Positions 1-15,143 of a stretch of DNA of 64,000 bases are shown here, piece by piece (the first letter of the stretch is position 1; each line of letters starts with the position of its first letter). Origin of the DNA: the human T2T-CHM13v2.0 reference genome, Homo sapiens; assembly GCF_009914755.1 (NCBI RefSeq), contig NC_060928.1; one strand, given 5' to 3'. The position numbers and the translations under genes are program-made. The notes beneath the pieces were generated by a model. The model saw only the letters and a program-made list of their open reading frames with translations, was not told where the DNA came from and made no database searches.

Positions 1-800
1 TAGAAATAATAATTTCAGCAAAATGGTATATTATAAAATAAATAATACATGTATCAATAGCTTTCCTATTTAATACTAATAGTCAGAGACTAGCATGAGT
101 TTTTAAGAATCTCATTTATAATGATAAAACACTTGTTATACAATAATTAACCCAATGAAAATGTTTTTTACCTACATGAATAAAACTATGAAACTTTAAG
201 TCCAGGAATTATCCTAGCATATGTAAGAATTTAGCACATGACAATAATGGCATTTTGAACCAAGGGAAGAAAGGTTGGATTATTCCATAAATCATGCTAG
301 GATAATGAGTTAAATCTAACCGCAAAAAAACAGAGTTAAATTTCTAGCTACAATTCATGCACATAAATGTATTAAAAGAGTACTCTGTGGAAATCAAAAG
401 CCATACTGATTGAAGAAGAAAATAAAAGTAAATGTTATATTTGTTTTCATAGAATAACCTTCCAGCAATGTGAAAATATGGAAATAATAAAAAGTTTGAT
501 AGGTTCGGACACTAAAAATTTAAATATTCTATACATTAAAAAATTAAGTAAATTACAAGATGAAGGACAAGCTAAAAACAAAATTTAAATGATATGATAG
601 TTGAAAGGTATATAATTTATTACATCAAGAGTATCTATAAAATAATAATTAAAGGGAAATACATCAAAAATAAAAGCATGAATAAGAATTTATAATAAAA
701 GGAAGAGAAATGGCAAATAGTATATTTTTATACATGCAACTTCACTGGAATACAACAAAAAGCAGTTATATCAAAATTTATGTTAAATCAATATTAAGTA
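1..800 (+). mobile_element. Highly decayed ancient L1 (L1M-type) ORF2 3' fragment
   Basis: Very A-rich plus strand with faint L1 ORF2-like motifs (e.g. tattccataaatcatgctaggataatg ~ L1 ttcaataaatggtgctgggaaaactg). Boundaries approximate. Confidence 0.4.
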
Positions 801-899
801 TTTATTTTATTATGACTATAAAGTATCCTTTATTCCAGAACCATCTAGTATTTTCTATTATTTCTTTCTTGCACAAATTTCTATTTTTCTTTAACTTAA

Positions 900-1950
900 T
901 AATTGCTTATTAATATGTTTGGTCTCTTGGATGGATCCTAATTACCTAGTCTCTTCTGCTTTCCATCTTGCATGTTTTTCTTCTTTTTCTATTCTTAATT
1001 TCAACTTGTAATACTTTTACTGAATTTGTTGTTTTGGCTATACCAGATATTAATTCCTAGAGTTATTTCTTATTCTGTCAATGTTTTTCTTTATCATCTC
1101 TTATTGCCTTATCATGTACTATCTTCTCTCATCTCTTGGACAATAATATTGGTAGTTTTTCTTTTATGCTTAATTCTGCTGCCTGTATTGTTTCCATATT
1201 CCTGAATTCCTTTTTCTGTTTGCTATTTTAGTCTCTGGCTTTCATGTTAGTGGCTTTTCTCACATGTCCTCAGATCCTTGTCTGTCTGTGTATATTGTCT
1301 AAATAACTGAAAAACTGATTGGACACTCTGGGGCATGGCGGAGCCTATTGTATGGTAGTTAGTGATTTAGAAATTTGCTATTTTGTTAGGGCTTTCTGAA
1401 TGGCCAGTGGAGGCCTTTCTTCTAGGATAATTAAATTTCTCCAGAAGGTAATCATCCAATCACCCGCCTAGTTTCCAGTGTTCTGGGAGCCAAGGGAGAA
1501 GGTCAAAAGTCACTGAGAAGATTTTCCCAGCAGGTCTCCTTGGTTTCCTTACAGAACCTTGCCCCCACTTGCTCAGGGTCTGGATCCAGAGCCTCTCTAC
1601 TTCAGTCCCTCCAGAGAGTAATTATTCGTGTCTTCTGGCTCCTGGAGATGAGAATTGAGTGTCTATAATGGATCTTCAGGAGGTAATCTGGGGTTCTCAT
1701 GGCTCCTTGTACAGACTTTCAACTAACACTTGTGTTTTCAACCTCTTTATGCACTCTCTTCTCCAGAGGCTTTCAATTGTTCTGTGGATAGACTGGTTGC
1801 CTCCTCTCTGGGCTCGGCTTTTATCTTCTGCTTTGCCAAGTCATTCCCATTTAACCATCAGCTTCTTAGCTTTTGGGGCTTTGTTAGCCTCTCTCATTTG
1901 TTTTTCTTTCTTGTGAATTTATTCCTTTCTTGTGAATTTTAATGAAACTA
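900..1950 (-). mobile_element. Ancient L1M/HAL1-like fragment
   Basis: T-rich plus strand and a motif (ttttctcacatgtcctcagatccttg...aaaactgattggacactctg) resembling HAL1/L1ME sequence as I recall it. Weak call. Confidence 0.35.
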
Positions 1951-3834
1951 TACCTTTTTTATATTATATTCATTTTACTAGCAGTTGAAGAGGTTGCTGA
2001 GATAAACCCTTGGGTTCTATTTGACATATTTAACCAGAAGTCACAGTTACAACAAGAAAAGGACAGTTATAATAAAAATATCATAAGACAATCATAGCTA
2101 CTTATGGCTGAAAGGGAGCTTAAACACCAATTATTTTCAAATTCTTTACATAAATATGGGAAAATAAAGCATAGAGAATGTTAATAAATTGCCAGAGATA
2201 TTCAGGTTATTTGAAGCAAAGTCAGGACTCTCTTATGCACCCTACCAGATGCCTTTTGGTTGTTTCTCAAAGAACTGCCATCCATTGGGAAGTGCCTTCA
2301 TCTACAACATGTAGTATTATGCCCTTGACATCTATGCTTCTTCTCCATCAGTCCGATCCCTTGGTCATAGCAGATTGGATGAAGGTAGTGTACCAGATCT
2401 AATCTGGGCAAAAATTGTCTCCCATAGAAATTTTGAATTAGGAGGGACCCCAAGGTGCTACCTACTCCAAGATGATATTTTGAAAAAGGACCAGAAAGTA
2501 CAGGCATAGATGGCCATCCACTTTCTATATGAACACAAAGTGAGATTATTGTATTAACCTTGCACGTAACCTTGCACAAAGACAACGAAAGTGTGTGTAT
2601 GTGTGTTTGTGTGCATGTGCGCACATGTGTGCATGAACACATGCACGCATATCATCCTCCACCATACACCCTTTAGACTGGGTTCATTGTCCTTAAATAG
2701 CAAGCTCACTGCTTCCACGTTGCTTTTCTTAGATCTCTAATGACAAACAGCTTCAATATTGGTAGAGACAATAGATGAAATCCGTGTTTCCCGGAGTGGA
2801 CTTGGTCTTCAATTGCAACTTAACCTGCCCTCAAAGCCTGGGTTATCTTAGGATAACACTTCAACTTTTATGCTTCTCTGGCTTTAAATAATTGCTGAAG
2901 GACAGAAAGTCTACCAAGGAAAGTTGGCAGGACTGAGTAAAGAGAGAAAGAGAGAGGAGAGGGGAGGGGAGAGGAAAACAGAGAAGAGGGTGCCCTCTCA
3001 TGTAGGAATGTATGTAAAAATATGGAAACAAGCTACCAATGTGCCTGTGTAATTGTGTTTTGAAAATGATTGATGAGGATATATCTATGACATGCACTTT
3101 TTAAAGGAAAGAAACAACAAAAACATAAAATACCCAGTGCAGCTGACCCCTGCTGCTTTCCTTTCTGCATCTCTTTCTGAGGTGGATATATGGCTTCAGT
3201 TTCTTTCAAGTGTCAGCTGGTGACTGCTGGGGCTTTCTGTAACTCTCCAGGCCTCTTTGCCTTCTAGGAGCATTAAAAACTTTCCCAGTGACTTAAAGAA
3301 ACCACACACATGCACGTACTCGAAGTGTATCCCTAGAGTGGTTCTACTGTGTTGGTTCTTTCTCTCATCTTTGGGAGCCTGTTGTTTTCATCTCCTGACA
3401 GACTCCTGGGGATGTGGTTGAAGAGAGGAGGTTGTGACAGAAGTAGAGAAGGTTTCTGATTAGTGAGAGCAAGGGAAGACAGAAGAAGTTTCCAAAGCCT
3501 GACTTAATGATTGCCTCTCGAAAAGTGGGTGCTCCCTGCTTCCTCTGCTTTTGTCCCTTAAGTGGCTAAATTGCAGGTGGTGCTGTCCTGACAAAAGATC
3601 TAGATCACATTCTCATGACTTCACACAGAAAAAGTATAAACCAAGAAAAAAAGTCAGGCAGTCAAACTCACAGAAATTAAGCAGGAGAATAAAATAGATG
3701 TAATATATCCATTTCAGACCTTTCTGGTTATCACAACAAAAATAACGAATATTTATAACCACATATGACCAGACACTGTCAAGGACATTTTCAAATACAT
3801 GATCTCAGTTTCACGTACTTCTGTGAAAGACATC

Positions 3835-4170
<336 letters not shown>

Positions 4171-4339
4171 TGATTTTAGCATAGAGAAACAATTTAATTT
4201 TAGGCAAGGTTTTCCAGCTCAACCCCCAAAAATATTCCCAGCCCATTATATGGAAGAAACAATAATTCCCACCCAACTCATGGAGCAGACAGAGCACCAG
4301 TCAATCTACCACAAGACCAGGTGCCAAACAGAGAGGAAA

Positions 4340-4520
4340 CAGATCAGACTTGAGTTCTGACTCTGCCATTTTAAGTTCGTGGCCATCAGAAAGTTTCTTA
4401 ATGCCTTGAGCCTCCATTTGCTTATCTGTAAAATGGGGTAAAGTATCTTGAAGGATAAAAGTAGTTACATAAAACAGTGAAATCCCTTATATGTTACCCA
4501 GCTCACAGCAGAAGGCCAGT
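4340..4520 (+). mobile_element. MIR SINE
   Basis: Core motif gagcctccatttgcttatctgtaaaatgggg preceded by ctgactctgccatt. Confidence 0.75.
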
Positions 4521-4846
4521 AAGTCTCAGATCCTCTATAAGCAGGAATCTTCTCCACCAAGAAATTCTGGATGGGGATTGGGGTGGGGAGCAGATTCCTA
4601 ACTAATCCCTGTCCTTTAAAAAAAACATTTAAAATAGTTTTGTGCTAGACTATTTAAAATAAAAAATGCCTTCCGGCATGCTAACTTGTACTTTGTAATT
4701 TGGAGTAAGAGACCAGATTTTTGCTATTTGAGAATAAATTTTATGTTGAGACTACGACTTTTTTAAAGAAGGAATTTCTACAATTCAGAAACTTGAACAA
4801 ACCAAGGACTTCATAAATATATACTGAATGACTGAATAAATACAGG

Positions 4847-4869
4847 AATCAATCAATCAATCAATCAAT
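4847..4869. repeat. (AATC)n tetranucleotide repeat
   Basis: aatcaatcaatcaatcaatcaat visible. Confidence 0.9.
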
Positions 4870-7092
4870 GTGGCTAATGATGTTTCCTGAAGAGCAGAGA
4901 AGAATATTTTTCCCCAGGAAAATATAAAAGCTCCCCTGTAAACGTTCCAACTAAAGCTATTGTTAGAAAGTAGAAAAGTTGAGGCAGCCACTCAAAACGG
5001 TTTATTTTCCAGTTTACATTTATGATTCTGGTTTATTATGTTTATGGTCTAGACCTCAGTCAAGGAACTTGAATTGCATTTGGAATTTTTACTCCATGAG
5101 ATATTTTGTTCATTTGTGGGTCACCTGCTTATGATTCCGTCTACCTCACAGAAGCCAGCATCCATTTGTCTGGCTCCAACAGCTACATTGCCCTAGCTTA
5201 ACAGTCAAGAGACATGACTCTGACACTTGCCAGTTTTGCAAAACTGTGCATTTTATGAACTTATTAGACTTTTTGTAGTCTTACTTTTAAAAAGAGATGG
5301 TTAAAACTGATTATTCACATCTATTCTGGTTATAAAATTAGAAGATTATTCCATAAAGTGGCTATCCTTCGGGAGGCTAAAATATTAGGAAACTCAGAGG
5401 CACTGAGCAGAACTCTCGCACTCACTCTATCCTATGCGAAAGCACCCTCCGTCATCTTTGGAGGCATAGCAGATGGCTGTAGTGCAACCCTTCCCTGTAG
5501 CTTGCCATGGGCTCCCAGTCTCCAGGCTCAGGTTTTGTGAGCCCAGGAACCCTTTGCTTGGTTTCTTGCACTTCCTTTCACCCCGCCTCTTCTTTAGATT
5601 CTTCTCCAATTTTTTTTTGTTCTCTCCTATACCAGTTCTGTGAATTTAAAAAACTGCTTCAACAATTTCCTCTGCTCTTAAAGGTCTGTATCCCCATCCT
5701 GAAGGTCTCTGTCCTTGTACATCCAGTTTTAAATAGTGATATTTATACTGTCCCTGGATTTTTTTTTTTTTTTTTCTGAACTGCTGACCGAAACAAAAAT
5801 AGGCAAGAGCTCCAGCCAGGACTGAGTAATGAATGCAGGATTAACAACAATTAGTCCTGAATATAGATGTATTCTAGAGTGTGCATGGAAGCTGCATGCC
5901 ATGTTGGGGGAAAGTGTCGTCTGTGGTAGGGAAACATTTTGAACTCTCAGCAGGGAGACACCCCTGTAGATCCAGTGCTAAAGGAGGGAATCGCCAATGA
6001 TAAAAACAAATCTTCAAAACATGGGGCAATGAGAAAGTCTTTAGCTGGTCTGTGACAGGAAGCACAGATGTCTAAATCTACAAACATTCTACCCTTAGGG
6101 GGCAAATATTAGTAAAAAAGAGTTCTCCTTGTCTCTAAAACAAATCCAGGTTTCTAGAAAATGTTGGTGATTTGGTTTAGAAGACAAGGATGTTGTTGGA
6201 GATGAAAAGATATTTTAATTTTTCTCTTTCTCTGAAATTAGGTCAAGTAAATTCTTAGATGCATGCTTTCTAGAATGTCTCCATGTTTTAAAAACTCTAT
6301 CTTCAGTACATATTATTTTTATTTTAACTTTATCCTGGAATGAGAGAATATGTCGGAAGGTGCTTCACCTCCTAACACAACGTCTGGCAAGCGCTTCAAA
6401 ATGCCAGTTCAATTAGGTGTTTGATGAAAGCAGGAAAGTTGACTTGTTTAACTTACCAGAAAATAAATAGAAAAGAAAAAAGAAGCTCTATACATATAAA
6501 ATTGTACAAGCCCTCCCAATCTGACAAGCCTGTATAAAAGCCTTCTGACCGAAGAGGGACCTTTCCTTTAAAAAGAATGAAACAATAATTTGGGTAGAGT
6601 CTGGAGAAGGCTAAAGGGCAATTCCATTTCTCATGGTCATTTGAAAGGCAGGGAATTAGTCCAGCTAGGGTGATGCCACCACCACCACCACAGTGCTGGG
6701 CAAGTGTAACAAATAGTAGGGACACTGCTTGTCATTTTAGTTAATAATTATAAGGCATACAATTTGTTTCACTATAAAGTCCACCCAGTGGAAACAAGTT
6801 TTCCTCCACCTTGTGCAGTGCAGAGTGTCAAAGTCTCATTATTCCTGCTCAATCAGCTTCGGCCGATGTGTAAATATTGAAGCAAGTCTGAGGAGCCAAG
6901 GAAGGGAATGATTATTACGACATTAATACTAATGAGCGAAATGGAATCGGGGATGTGTTTAGCTAATGTTGCCACAGAAGGAGGTGACTTAAAAAGGAAA
7001 AAGAAATCAACAGGATGGTTATTGATTTTAAAAAGATGATCAAGACATAAAATCCACATGAGGAAGGAATCAAAGAAAGATTATGGCTCTAG

Positions 7093-7095
<3 letters not shown>

Positions 7096-7151
<56 letters not shown>
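7096..7151. repeat. (CT)n(GT)n compound microsatellite
   Basis: Directly visible. Confidence 0.97.
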
Positions 7152-7153
<2 letters not shown>

Positions 7154-8329
7154 ATGCACACGTGTGTACCAATTTAATATTTAGTTTATTCAAAAGTCTC
7201 TGTGTGGACTGAAGCAGGCTACTACATGCCAATAAGAACAGTCCACACACAGCTTTCTTGTTTCTCCTCCTTGCTTGTAGCTTTTCTTGGTACCTTTAAT
7301 ATCTGTTTATGTACCCACAGCAAATACAGACTCTTATCGGCTCATCCCCTTGTCTTCTATTGTAGAGATGTCAAAAGATCGAGACAGTCTGTGAGGGTGG
7401 AGAACATAGGAGACAATATAATGACAGTTATGTGAACTTATGAAAGTCATTTTTCCTTTACACCTCATTAAATGTTGTAACACCATCCTTATCAAATCCA
7501 TCCGAACCTCAAACAAAAGCCATTTATACAGGAATGGACAGGGTGCTTATTTATTTTAAGGGGTCTGCCACATATTTATTGGCTGCAATAACTCTTTACA
7601 TCCCTCATTTTGGAATGCTTGCACTTCAAAAGAAATTAAATTTCTTGTAACAGTAAAGGAGGCTTAGAAATAGGCTATTCTCTAAATGTTTGTTTTTAAA
7701 AATAAAAATAACCCTCAGGTTCTGCCCAAACTTTAGGAAGGCTCTGCCAGCAGCTTTTCATTTTCTTCCACAGAGCACTGTGGACGGCTCATGGAGCCCG
7801 GCACAGAGATCTGCTGCTGCTAGTGTTCAAAGCCTGTCAGCTGTCAGCATCCCCAAAGGGTCTACATGCCTGAAGTAAGCAGAGACAGCGCTTTATCTAG
7901 GCAGAAACTCACCCGGTGCTTCTCTCAGCAGACACAGGGAGGCAGTGCGGGAAAGCTTGGCTTCAGCCAGGCAGGAGGGGAGGAGAGGTGCCCCAGAGTT
8001 TATCTTTTCCACTGGTTTACTTTTTACAGAGTTACTTTTAGCACTGGTAAAGTCCTGAAGTCCCCAATTGCTTGCTTAACTTTTATACAACTAAGAATTT
8101 TTAATGAAAATCATCAGGTTACCTGACCAATGAAACAAACCCCTTCCAAAAACTTTACTTTTTTAAATGATAATGTGTATGTGTGATCAGAGAAAAGAAT
8201 ACTATATAATAACTTTAAAAAGTGACAATTATTTATTTAAAGCAGAATACATGATATATCAAATATCCAGCACCCATCACCTGTCAAAGGCACATATCCA
8301 GAGTTTCCGTGCCAATCCTGCTTTCCTAA

Positions 8330-8540
8330 AAGGATTTACGATGCACATTGAAATACATTATTTCACCAAATTCCTCTACTAGTTCTTGAGATCACAATAG
8401 TCATGGAATTGTTTCCATTTCATGAGGAACTGAGGTTGGAGAGTTTGCATGGTTCGAGAAGATCACATGGCCAGTAAGCCATAAGTCAGGATTTCAACCT
8501 AAGTCATCTGACTCCATGTCAAGGGTCATTCACTTTACCC
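8330..8540 (-). mobile_element. MIR SINE
   Basis: catgaggaactgagg...gatcacatggccagtaag...aggatttcaacctaagtcatctgactcc is the reverse-strand MIR core. Confidence 0.7.
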
Positions 8541-9383
8541 CAGTCAGATTTACACAGAAATCAGAAATCAGTGATTTCCCAGGCTGCTTCTCACAGTATT
8601 CTTAAAGGAGAGTGAATTAGGGGGTATCCTCTTTCCTTTGACCAATGTAGAAAACAGGTCATAAAGCTTGAAATCTCATCATCATAAACCTTTCTCCAAG
8701 TATAATCCCCAATCTCATAGTCAATGTATTCAAACTGAACTCCCCTTATCAGTTTTTCTGCCTGAAGTATTATATGAAACCAATTTTTTGCTCTTATTCT
8801 CCATTCTGTTACTATCACTCTCACATGTATCTTTTTCTCCCCTCCTTACACCTTGAACCTGTTGATGAGTTTTCAAAACATGTGGATATCTCTTCTGCAG
8901 CACCTTCCTCATCTTCCTTCTTCTTCATGCACACTATGGTCAGGTCACATAGATATTATTTGTCTCTTTCTTAGAATTGGGAGTTTCCAAACTAATGCCC
9001 TTACTTCCATTTCTTCCCTCTTCTAATCTATCCTACATGACATTTCTAGATTAACCATTCTTAGGAGTGCTCTAATTAAACCACTGACCACCTCCAAAAC
9101 CTTCAAGATCTTCCCTTGGCTTATTCAAACAATGTAAGAACTCTTAATCCACAAACATGGCACAATCTGACTTAACCTCATTTCCAAACATATTCCCTCA
9201 TTTATCCCTCATGAAGGTTCTGCCCCTTCTAGCTGCTTCTTTATGTATATATTATACTTTAAGTTCTAGGGTACATGTGAGCTGTCCACTTGCACGTGTA
9301 CAGCGACTGCCCTTTTCCACCCTGCCAGCACCTCCGAATTCTATACTCACCAAAGTCTAAGTCGAACACTGGGTTTTTCATGA

Positions 9384-9762
<379 letters not shown>

Positions 9763-10084
9763 ACAAATTCTTTTAAAAATAAGGTTGAGTATAAATAGTA
9801 CATATATTTTTAAAACTCTCAGGACACTTCTCTTATCCACCATCTCTTGAAATTATAGTTACTGGTATACAAGTTAATCTTCTTTCCCATGGCAAAAGTG
9901 CATAAAGGCAAGAGCCAGGTCTCATCTTTGAATTCACAACAGCCCCAGAACTGCTTTCAGATATTTTGTGCTAAGTAAGTAACTGGATTAAGGGAGAAAG
10001 GGTTGTGATTGAGCCAAGATGAAACTTCCATTTATCTTTCCTATGCACTAGACATATATGTAACATATTTAGTTAGATGTTCCA

Positions 10085-10920
10085 TCACTCAATAAATCAT
10101 TTTGTAAAATATTTACTGAGCCCATAATATCTGTCAGCATTGTACTGGGTGCTATGGTAAACAAAAAAAGGCACAGTTCAAAGTACTAGGGAAGATAGAT
10201 AATGAAAAAATTGTAACTTTTTTCAAATAGTGAAGAGACCAGAAAAACATGCAAAGTGAGTGAAGCAATTGAGGAAGGGCTATGAAAAAAACCCTACTCA
10301 GGTACAGGGGTTCAAGGAAACTTTCTTAGAGGATAAACAAGACTGAAAGGGTGAGAGGAAGCCAGCCATGCAAAGACCGGGAGGAAGTTCATTCCAGACA
10401 GAAGAAACCGCAGGAGTATTCGCTGAGAAGTGAGGAAAAGTGTGGCGTTTTCTAGGAACTGAAGGAAGACAAACACAGCTGGGTTATAATGAATGAATGG
10501 AAGGGTAGACCAAAATTGAAGAGGCAGACAAGAACAAGGTCATATGGATCTTGTAGACCCTGGTGAGGAAGTCGATTTTCTTTGAAGTCTGTGGGAAGCT
10601 ATTACACAGTTTAAACGGTAGAATATCATGATCTATTTGTGGTTTCAGATCATTCTGGCCACTGTGAAGAGAACAGATTTTAACAGACAAGAGTTAAGGC
10701 AGAGAAACTGGTAAGGGCACTATTGCAGAGGTCCAAGCAGAAATGATGTGGCAGACTTTTGCACAGCAGCAGCACAGGGCAGCAAAAACACGGATTGTTA
10801 AATAGGAGGTGTGAGGGAGAGAAAAGACCCAAGGACAGTGCCCAGGTTTCTGGCTTAGCCATTGAGTAATCAGTGTTACCATTTACTAAGACAAGAAAGA
10901 CTGAAAGAATAAGTTTGAAA
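10085..10920 (-). mobile_element. L2 LINE fragment
   Basis: atttactgagccc...tgtactgggtgct start and GA-rich body (agccagccatgcaaaga, agatcattctggccactgtg) typical of antisense L2. Confidence 0.75.
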
Positions 10921-13234
10921 GGAAATAATTAGCTCAAATTCTAAAGCCACCTTAAATTATAATTACTCATATGGTGAATATGTGATACATGTTTATGAAC
11001 ACCTACTGTGTGCCAGACACTGCATTAGATGCCAGAGTAAATAAGACAAGGTACCTGCCTTTATAGCCCATGCCATCTGGTGACAAATACCTATATCATT
11101 TAAAAGTTTTTAAAGTTAGGTGGTATACAGGATTGTGTACAGACATTCAGATTCTGCTGTTGGGAATTTTATAGAATAAAATGTCACACTACCTTTTAAG
11201 ATCCTTTTCCTTGATGCTTTGCTCATGTTTGAGAGAATAAAATTAACTTACCATTTTGCAAATGAATCCTAGAAATTTGTGGACATAGAAGTCCAAACCA
11301 AACACATAGTAAATTTTGGGAACAGCTCCTCATAATTTGCTTTTAAAAATATGATATCAAATTTTCCCTAACCTAAGCCCTAAGTATTCTTCATAGACAA
11401 GCATGGTTGGAGCGTAGTCTGAAGTTGCCTATCCCAATCTCTGCTTTCATGGCTAGGCTACTCACAACAGGCACTTTGTGTTTTTAAAGTGACTGCTTTA
11501 AAAAGAGAGAGAGAAAAAGAGAGAGGTTGCACAATGTTATTCTACAACCTTATCAAGAAGAGTGTCAGACCAAAAAAAAAAAAAAAGTCAAGTTGGGAAA
11601 CTACTTAAAATTATCATTACATCCTGCTTTTCAGTCTGACCAGAACTTATATCCTGAAAATTTTCTCTGTATACATCATAGTTTATGATAAAATCATTCA
11701 AAGAATAACCCACATAAGGCTAAAAGAAAATATTGCTTCTCATATTACCTCTTTTTAACATTTTACCTAATCTTCCCCAGCATTTGCAATATATTATATA
11801 ACAAAATACATTACACATTCATTAACTGACCATGTGTGGAGAACTCAGACTCTGAACCCAAGTTAATAAAATACTCATAAATTAAAATTTGGCCACAGGA
11901 TCAACAGACAATTTATTGATAGCTCTCTTGAAATTCCTGCTTAGCCAGCTCAAAGTGTCATATTGTTAATGTGATGATAGTTTGCTTTATGCTTTGTAAC
12001 ATTTGTCCACATCAAAGGATTCTTTTTTCCTTTAACATGTCCAGAATTAGCTTCATCAATTTTCTAAAATATAGTTTACATAAAGTCACACTCTAATAGG
12101 CATCCTCCTAAAGCTGAAAGTCCTGTTTTCCTCAGAAAATGTCATTCTGATGCTTGTCCTGGCTTATTCTCCAGCTGTATTGCGGCCAGCCAAGACGCTC
12201 TGACCATATGCACTGACTAAATCACTATACTTCTTCTCTGGTAACATCAAATATATACAGCAGTCATCTGTCTTCCTTTGATCTTCAGCTAGCACAAGCC
12301 CTTTCTCACTAAGTTGTCCTCCATGGTTTGTTTTTGATAGTTAAACAGTTTGGACATCTCTAAAAGTGGAGTGACATTGACACAGAGATAAGGTGCCAAT
12401 CAATTTATTAAGTGATTTCATACAAAAATGGCAAACTTAACATGACCCTAAAGCATGGCTGATTGGGCCAACAAGAAGCGTGAAGAAAGCCATTCATCTG
12501 TTCTTGTCTATTCTGGCCAAGGACATCTATGGAGCTCTTCTCTGAAGCCGGAGCTAATAAAACTCAACAGAAATAATGTTTTTATTCATTTTTAAATTCT
12601 TAATTAATAGACATAAGTATTATTCCTTATTTCTATACTTTTTTATTTAGTTAAATGATGGGTGCAGGGTAGGTAGATCGTTAGGACATGTTTCATTGTC
12701 ATTACAAGGGATATTTCATTCTACTAAGATGAGATTTCAGTGTTTTGCAAGCCATCAAAATTACCAAGCTTATTACAATTACATTAAAGAATTTTCAAAG
12801 AGGAAGAAGTGAGGTATAAAAGGTAAATGCGTTCATTTATTTCACTCCAGTACATCCTGACAGTAGCCTGGAGATAAACTCATCCCAAGAGTGCTAAATG
12901 TTTTCAGGATTTTTGTGTTTCAAAGCAAAATATACAATGTCTATGGAAATAGGAGCTTTGATTACCTTTATTCCTTATTCCATGTGAATGCCAAAACAAT
13001 AGGTTACTTTGAAATAAAATAACAAAACAATGACCTTTAGATATCATTATTCCTAATAAAATAGCTAACTCGTAGAATGAATTGGCCTGACTGTCTCACA
13101 AGACCAATTTTTTCATAAAGTAGACTCAATAGCCCCGTATTGAAGGACGAAAGAGCAAATGTAATTTAAAGCAGTCGCCTGTCAGCCAGACACAGCAAAA
13201 AGACTGCAAAGCGATAGTTTAGAGAGAATGCCAC

Positions 13235-13708
13235 TGTCATGGTTAATTTTATGTCAACTTAACTGGGCTAAGAGATGCCTAGGTAGCTGGTAAAACATCG
13301 CTGGGTGTGTGTGAGAGGGTATTTCTGGAAGAGATTAGCATTTGAATCAATACTGAAGAGTAAAGAAGATTGCCCTCACCAGAACAAGTGGGCATCATCC
13401 CATCCATTGAGGGGCAGAATAGAACAAAACTGCTCTCTGCTTGAGCTGGGATATCCATTGTCTCCTGCCGTTGGACATCAATGCTTCTGGTTCTCAAACC
13501 TTAGGACCTGAACAGGGACTTATACCATTGGCTCCCCTGGTTCTCAAGCCTTCAGCCTTGTACTGGATTACACCATTGGCTTTCCTGGGCCTCCAGCTTG
13601 CAGATGGCACCTCCAAAATTGCGTGAGCCAATCCCTCATAGTAAATCTTTTTCTATATATCTATATCTATGCTATTGGTTCTGTTTCTCTGGAGAAAGCT
13701 GACTAGTG
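13235..13708 (+). mobile_element. MLT2 (HERV-L) solo LTR
   Basis: Starts tgtcatggttaattttatgtcaactt, ends tattggttctgtttctctggagaaagctgactag; 5 bp TSD gccac at 13230-13234 and 13709-13713. Confidence 0.9.
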
Positions 13709-13965
13709 GCCACATTCAAGAGATGGATGAGAAAGAAAAATTACTAAACACAAGGAATGATCAGAAAAATAGTTGGAGAACATATGTAATAAAAGTCAGT
13801 TGGAGTGGGAACTACGAGACAGTAGGGCTCAAGCAATGAGAAAACAATTCAATAATTAATAACCTCTATGTCCACAGAATATGAACTATTCTGGTTTCCA
13901 AGAAGGGAGATATTTCAGCCTTGAAAACACACTGTTAACCCTCTGCCAAACTGCACATAACCCTC

Positions 13966-14386
13966 TGTGATGAGCTAAGTTTTGTTCCCCTCAAAAGATA
14001 GCTTTCAGTGCTAACCGCCAGTACTTCAGAATGTGACCTTATTTGGAAATAGAGTCTTTATGGTGATAATTAAGTTAAAAATGAGGTCATTAGGATGGGC
14101 ACTAATTGAATATGACTGGTGCCCTTATAAGACAGAGACATCTAGACACAGGTAAAACAATGTGAGGACACGCAGGGAGAAGGCTGTCATCTACAAGCCA
14201 AGAAACGTCAAGGATCACCAGCAAACACCAGAAGCTAAAAGAGGTAAGCAAGGACTGTCCCCAGAAGCTGTCAGATAGCAAGGCCCTGCCAACACTTTAA
14301 TTTCAGACATCCAGTTGATAAAGTTCTGTTGTTTTAAGCCACTCAGTTTTTGATATTTTGTAACACCAGCCCTAGGAAACTAATAC
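13966..14386 (+). mobile_element. MLT1 (MLT1B/C-like) MaLR solo LTR
   Basis: cagaatgtgaccttatttggaaatag, atgaggtcattagg, ends ccctaggaaactaatac. Confidence 0.9.
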
Positions 14387-15081
14387 TCTCATCCTGAAGT
14401 GTGCCATATAAACCACCATTTGAAACCCACCAATGCTGATCCCCAGGCAGGAAGATTTATAGTCCAGAAAGATATCTTTGTATTAAGCCTCCCAAGGCCT
14501 GGTTCTGATAGGGACAGCTTTCTTGCAGAGTGCCTACAGAACATCTTCTAGCCATCCCAAGTCAGATGTTTTTCCCCACCGGTCTTGTCCACCTACAAGT
14601 GAATGAATGGTCTAGAAATAAGGAGTGGGTGGGCAGTGGGTGTGTGCACTGTGAGAAGGGAGGAGATAATCAGGGGTGTGAGGTCAGGATCAGGAAGTTT
14701 GAATTGTTCACCACTCATGTCACAGAATCATTACTTCCACAAATGTTTGCTAAGTATTTCTATTTGTGAGTCATTGTGCTAGATGCTTCAGATCATAGCT
14801 GTGAACAAGACAAAGAAACTATACTCATGGAAGTCATGTTCTAGCCTAATCTCACACAATCACATACAAATAAATCTTTGCTAAACAAGCCAATCAAGAA
14901 TTTAATCCTGCTTACACTGAAACTTTGAAAGAGCTGGATTCCATACATGATTTGGAACAATTTGAACAGCTTTTTAGTTCATATTCATCTTCTATATGTT
15001 CTTTTGTCCAAATAAGTTACATTACAGTTTCTCAAAGTCTGACTTGAAAGGATAAACCACCCCACCTTCCCCCAAGAAGTC

Positions 15082-15084
15082 TGT

Positions 15085-15115
<31 letters not shown>

Positions 15116-15143
15116 CATGTATGTTTGAGAGAGAGAGAGAGAG
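15082..15143. repeat. (TG)n followed by (GA)n microsatellites
   Basis: Directly visible. Confidence 0.95.
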
